A stretch of 64,000 nt of DNA, taken from Malacoraja senta (Eukaryota). The stretch is from assembly GCA_038087875.1 (NCBI GenBank), contig CM075994.1, forward strand, positions 3,784,001 through 3,848,000, given 5' to 3'. Below the pieces are notes generated by a model. It made no database searches and had not been told where the DNA came from. It was given only the letters and a program-made list of their open reading frames with translations. The translations under genes were made by a program, and so were the position numbers. Below are positions 58,022-64,000 of the stretch, in pieces. The first letter of the stretch is position 1, and each line of letters opens with the position of its first letter.

Positions 58022-58815
58022 GTAAGCGATAAAGCTGAGCATAATTTAAAATGTTGACGTTGTGCTGTTATGATTTGAATTGCAAAGCTAAAAATCAAAG
58101 ACAGTATATCATCTATATTTCCTTACCCATCTTTCATTAATACTGCCTAGAAGGCATTTCAATCTCAGGACCCCAAGTTCAGGTGCAGCAATCAACTCAT
58201 GTTTTGAGTAATGCATGCTTTCCGTTGGGGGGGAATCAGATAACCATTGAAATTCATTGACAACAAGCAGATAAGACAAAATCCCTTCACTTCTGCATTT
58301 CCAGCCAATTTGGCATGAAACTGCAATTCTTTACTAAAATACCGTTCACGGACAACACCATATACTGTGCTTCCTTTACTTTGTCTCTGGAAATGATTCG
58401 GTTGGTTTAGTTTGTTCGAGCTAATTGCTCGTATTGGCATTATGTAATTTATCTCCATTATATTTTAAAAACGATTGAATGTTACAGACAGTGACATGTT
58501 TTATAATGTCCTCACAGCACTGGCAGCTGGAAACAAGTCAGCCCAGAGTTTCCCCAGCAATCATCCCATGCAGCCGCGTTCCGGGGGTGGCGGGACGTAT
58601 TATTTCGTTTTGGCGCTGTCCAACCTGTGCTGCTTCTGCCTGATCTACTTCAGTTCAGTAAATTAGACCATCGAAAACCAGATCAGTTCAAGGCGGGGAT
58701 CGACGAATATAGATGCCGTCTCGGTAGAGATCGTGACTGAGAAGAGAAAAAAATGTTAACTGACACTACAACAATAACATAAGACAGTCACATTTAGGCA
58801 ATTTGGGCATTATCC

Positions 58816-59323
58816 TTGGTACACAAAAATGCTGGAGAAACTCAGCGGGTGCAGCAGCATCTATGGAGCGAAGGAAATAGGCAACGTTTCGGGCCGAAAC
58901 CCTTCTTCTGACTGATGGGGGTGGGAGGGGGCGGGGAGAAGAAATGAAAAAGGAGGAGGAGTACCCCGAGGGCTCAGGGAGAGCTGGGGAGGGGAGGAGA
59001 CAGCAAGGGCTAACAGAAATGTGAGAATTCAATGTTCATGCCACCAGGATGCAGTCTCCCCAAGTGGAATATGAGGTGTTGTTCCTCCAATTTCCGGTGG
59101 TGCTCACTCTGGCCATGGCGGAGGCCCAGGACAGAGAAGTCGGATACGGAAAGGGAGGGGGAGTTGAAGTGCTGAGCCACCGGGAGGTCTGGTTGGTTAA
59201 TGCGGACCGAGCGGAGGTGTTCGGCGAAATGATCGCCAAGCCTACGCTTGGTCTCACCGATGTAGATCAGCTGACATCTACACCAGCCGATGCAATAGAT
59301 GAGGTTGGAGGAGATGCAGGTGA
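58816..59323 (-). mobile_element. Short Penelope-like copy, same family as 33160
   Basis: Near-identical end; 13-bp direct repeat ttgggcattatcc at 58803-58815 and 59324-59336. Confidence 0.9.
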
Positions 59324-59874
59324 TTGGGCATTATCCCATTCTGTTGGCACTGTGTATTTAAAACATATGGATGGCAAAGGAAAATTCTGGAATTGAGAAT
59401 GAAGGAATAAACTGGAAAACACAAAGAGAAATTATACACAAGGAAAGCGAATAGAAGCGTTTACAAACAGTAATGGAGAAATTTGATTAAGAATAATTCT
59501 CTTATTTTATTCGCGATACTGAAATCAGTCGGTTGAAAATTGTGCACATGTATCTGTTAATTACCTTGATTATGTCCCTGCTTGAGTTAACTGATGTGTA
59601 TTAGGAATGTTCTGCGAGAAGCTCTTTACGTTATTCGGAATGCTGCTAGCATCGATGCTGGTATGAAATAGAAAGAGTATTCACTGCAAATCAGGGTGAT
59701 ATTACCCATAGGAAAGAACTTTTCTGTTGTTATTATTTGATATCTCTTCGAAAATACAAATGATCATTCAACACCGTTTCAAGAAAAAGTGTTGGATGAA
59801 CAACGAAATGTTGATTCAATTGTGGACATGGAAGAACAACTTGAGTAATTTGCAGAAGTTAGTGCAATGTAAGA

Positions 59875-60218
<344 letters not shown>

Positions 60219-60778
60219 TAGAGAGCGAGTAAGAAACCCCAGGATAATATGCCCCTCCAATCTCGGACAAGTTACAAAAGTAACTTTTGGACAATTTAAT
60301 AAATAATTATAATCATAATCGCAATATATTAGCCAATATCTTTTGCAACATACGAGGAATGTGGTTTGCAAACATCCACCACGGCGCTCCTCCACATCCC
60401 CCACTGTGATTTACATTCTTATCTTCCTTCCTCCTTTCCTCCCGCAGTCGGGGGAGTCAATCCATCCGCAGCCGGCGATCGAGCTCCCATGTCGGTGGGG
60501 TTTAAGCTCCCGCATCGGGGCGGTCGAAATTCCAGCGGCTCTGAGTTCCCGAAGTCGGTCCCTAACGAGGGACCGCAAACTCGACTATGTTAAAGTCCGC
60601 AGCTCCCTCAGCTTGGAGCACCGTAGGCCAACCCCTGGCTAAGGGACCGCCCGCTCAGAGATGTTAAAATCCGCAGATGGTTTTGGAACAATGCCGAGAG
60701 TATTAAGACTGAACATACTACTATTATGTACCCCAATGCTAATAGACATTTAAGTTACTATGTTTTTTCATTTCACAG

Positions 60779-60805
60779 AGGACGAACTGAAAAACAAAGG
60801 AACAG
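60779..60805 (+). CDS. Microexon, 27 nt, EDELKNKGT
   Basis: ttttttcatttcacag|...CAG|gtacca. Confidence 0.75.
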
Positions 60806-60968
60806 GTACCACATTTAATTAAATTATGAAGATCTTCTAAATGCTTAATCGGTGTTGGTTAATATTTGGTATGCTTCTTTGATTACATGTTTTGCTGAAA
60901 TGATGCAATATCGTCGCATATTTCCAATGCAATATGTAATTGGCATTTTGAAATATCTTTCATAACAG

Positions 60969-60995
60969 ATATGGACAAACATGTGCAACTCGATG
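60969..60995 (+). CDS. Microexon, 27 nt, DMDKHVQLD
   Basis: atctttcataacag|...ATG|gtgagt. Confidence 0.7.
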
Positions 60996-62859
60996 GTGAG
61001 TGACGAATTATTCCTGACAACAAATCATGACACAGTGCATTTGTTTTACTCTTTATAACACAGAAAGAAATAACGAGGTCCAATAGAATGAAAATACAGT
61101 GTTATGAACGGGGTGAAGAAGTAGCGCAACATCGGTAGTAATCTCTGGATTACTCCTCGTTTGACATACTTATAAAGGTAGAAATGGAACGAAGAGACAG
61201 ACGACTGCGTCGCAGAGGAACCAGCGCGGGGAATGGGGGAATCGCTTTTGGATCATTGAGATTTTGCTTAGGCGACCTTATGCAAGAGGGAATGGTTGCA
61301 TCTGAACTGAATGGAGATTTTCTGTTGCAAATCGTGAGGATTTAAAGTAATTTACAGCGATGGTCTCAAGGTGCAGATAGGAAGTACATAAGAAGTTGGG
61401 CGGGATACTGTAGTCAATAGAACAGGTTTAGTATACAGTACATACAAGAGCACAACCATGAGGAAGTGTTTAAAGCAGAATTTACTTCAATGCAAGTGCA
61501 ACAAGTAAGGCAGTTGAATTCAAAGTGTGAATTGTCTTATGCTACTACGATCTCCGGAAAGGAAACCTGGCTGAAACAAGTGCTGCGTAACTGCAGGCAT
61601 GATAGAGATACACGCGGGAGAGCAGTGGGTTATATTTTTGGTGAGGGATCACAACGACAGTGCGTTGAGAGGTTATTAGAGATGCGTGTTCTAACTGGGC
61701 TACATGGGTGGAAATGAGAAACAAGTGGAAGGTTACTTTCATAAAGCCTGCGGAATAATAGGGCAATATTAATCGGAGATTTGAACTTTCTCAGTATTGA
61801 CCGGGTCACATCGTGCATTCTGCTTGAGCGGGGGGGGGGGGTTGTTACATGTGTGCAAGCACATTCCCTTGATCAATATAGATACTGCCCGACAGTAAAG
61901 GATCCTCCAGTGCGGAATAACGTGGGGCTTGGGCAGGATTTACTATATTTTGAATAGACATTTGTTGATTAGGGGTAGTCAGCACTAATTTGTGCGTGGT
62001 TCATCATCTCTCATAAACCAGTCAGAGTTTACTGATGCGATTAATGTCTTCATTAGTACAGTTGCTAGAGTTAATGGAGAGCAGACAGTAGAATGGGGTT
62101 AGGGGTGAGACATAGATTCGCCATGATTGAATGGCGGAGTAGACTTGCTGAGCCCAATGGCCTAATTTTACTCATTTGACTTGTGGCCTTATGTCGTTGG
62201 CAGCTCCGCCAACAGTCTGTCTGTTTTTTTCGTTTTTTTTTAATTTTTAGTGAGTGTTAAAAGTCTGTGTGAATGTTCTCTAGTTTGTTTTATGTGGGGG
62301 GAGGGGGTGAGGGTCGGGGACAACTTGTTTTCAGTTTCATACCTTGCCGGAGAAGCGACTATTTTCCGGATCGCATCTTCGGTCGCTCTGTGGCCTATCA
62401 TCGGTGGAGCTGGCGGACTCCTCGACTGGCTTTGTGACCCGCCGCGGGGCTTGGGCTTAACATCGGAGCCGATCCCTTCGGAGCCGGAGGGATCGCTCGA
62501 ACCGCGGCCCGTGGATTTAGCATCAAGGACTCGCGGTCTCGGGATAGGCTAGACGGGATCTCCAAAGACACAGAGACTCGACCAGCCCCGATGCGAGGTC
62601 CGATCGCAGGCGCGAGGGAGCTGACATCACCCCGATGCAGGAGCTGATCTTTCCGATGCGGAGGTCCCGGCAGCCGGCTGCGGGAGTCAAGATCGTCCCC
62701 TCAACGTAAGGCTCGAGGCCCCTGTCCACGGGAGAGCAAAGAAGAGAAGACATTTGAACTTGTTATCGCCTTCCAATACAGCGAGGAACGTGGAGGAGTC
62801 ACTGTGGTGGATGTTTATGTTAAAATGTATTTTGTGCGTTCCGTTTGTATTATTTGTAT

Positions 62860-63500
62860 GACAATAGACAATAGGTGCAGGAGTAGGACATTTGGCCCTT
62901 CGAACCAGCACCGCCATTGAATGTGATCATGGCTGATCATCGCCAATCAGTACCCCGTTCCTGCCTTCTCCCCATATCTCCTGACTCTGCTATTTTTAAG
63001 AGCCCAATCTAGCTCTCTCTTGAAAGCATCCTGAGAACCTGCGTCCACCGCCCTCTGAGGCTTAGAATTCCACAGACTCACCATTCTCTGTAAGAAAAGG
63101 TGTTTCCTCGTCTCCGTTCTAAATGGCTTATTCCTTATCCTTAAACTGTGGCCCCTGGTTCTGGACTCCCCTAACTTCGGGAACCTGTTTCCTGCCTCTA
63201 GCGTGTCCAGCCCTTAACAATCTTATATTTTTCAATTAGATCCCTTCTCGTCCTTCTAAACTCCAGAGTGTACAAGCCCAGCTGCTCAATACTCTCAGCA
63301 TATGACAGTCCCGCCATCCCGGGAATTAACCTTGTAACCTACGCTGCACTCCCTCAATAGCAAGAATGTCCTTCCTCAAATTAGGGGACCAAGACTGCAC
63401 ACTATTAGGGCTCTGTACAACTGCAGAAGAACCTCTTTGCACCTATATTCGATTACTCTTGTTATAAAGGCCAACATGCTATTCGCTTTCTTCACTGCCT
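62860..63500 (-). mobile_element. CR1 3' fragment
   Basis: acaatagacaataggtgcagg tail, same family as 24317. Confidence 0.9.
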
Positions 63501-64000
63501 ATAATCATATAACCATATAACCATAACAGCACGGAAACAGGCCATCTCGGCCCTTCAAGTCCGTGCCGAACATTAAATTATTTTTTTTTTTTAATTAAAA
63601 ATAAATACTTCCTCCTAGTCCCATCTACCTGCACTCAGACCATAACCCTCCATCCCTTTCCCGTCCATATACCCATCCAATCTATTTTTAAAGGATAACA
63701 TCGAACCTGCCTCCACCACTTCCACTGGAAGCTCATTCCACACAGCTACCACTCTCTGAGTAAAGAAGTTCACCCTAATGTTACCCTAAACTTCTGTCCC
63801 TTAATTCTCAAGTCATGTCCCCTTGTTTGAATCTTCCCTACTCTCAATGGGAAAAGCTTATCCACGTCCACTCTGTCTAACCCGCTCATTATTTTAAAGA
63901 CCTCTATCAAGTCCCCTCTTAACCTTCTGCGCTCCAAAGAATAAAGACCTAACTTGTTCAACCTTTCTCTGTAACTTAGTTGCTGAAACCCAGGCAACAT
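63500..64000 (-). mobile_element. CR1/HER1 3' fragment, runs off the window
   Basis: MLPGFQQLSYRERLNKLGLYSLE; (ataaccat)n tail. Confidence 0.9.

Overview
Vertebrate genomic DNA. The repeat landscape (HER1/CR1 LINEs, V-SINE/HE1-like SINEs, Penelope elements, Gypsy LTR relics) suggests a cartilaginous fish, probably a skate or ray; this is an inference. Almost all long ORFs in the six-frame track are transposon relics or microsatellite artefacts. The real host-gene signal is invisible to that track. The window appears to be the interior of one + strand gene built from about 22 microexons of 15-36 nt spread over about 58 kb. Twenty-one of them are symmetric phase 1-1 exons with lengths divisible by 3 (ten of 27 nt, seven of 36 nt, two of 24 nt, one of 18 nt, one of 15 nt). 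Spliced in order they give a 201-codon stop-free, E/K/L-rich coiled coil. The 27-nt and 36-nt exons largely alternate, giving a 63-nt (21-aa, three-heptad) unit. No start, stop or diagnostic domain lies in the window, so the gene cannot be named; a butyrophilin/BG-like heptad tail is the leading hypothesis. The introns hold nested TEs (CR1, L2, Gypsy, Harbinger, Penelope with hammerhead motifs, Helitron-like elements) and an old intronic segmental duplication. TE boundaries are approximate unless a TSD is quoted.
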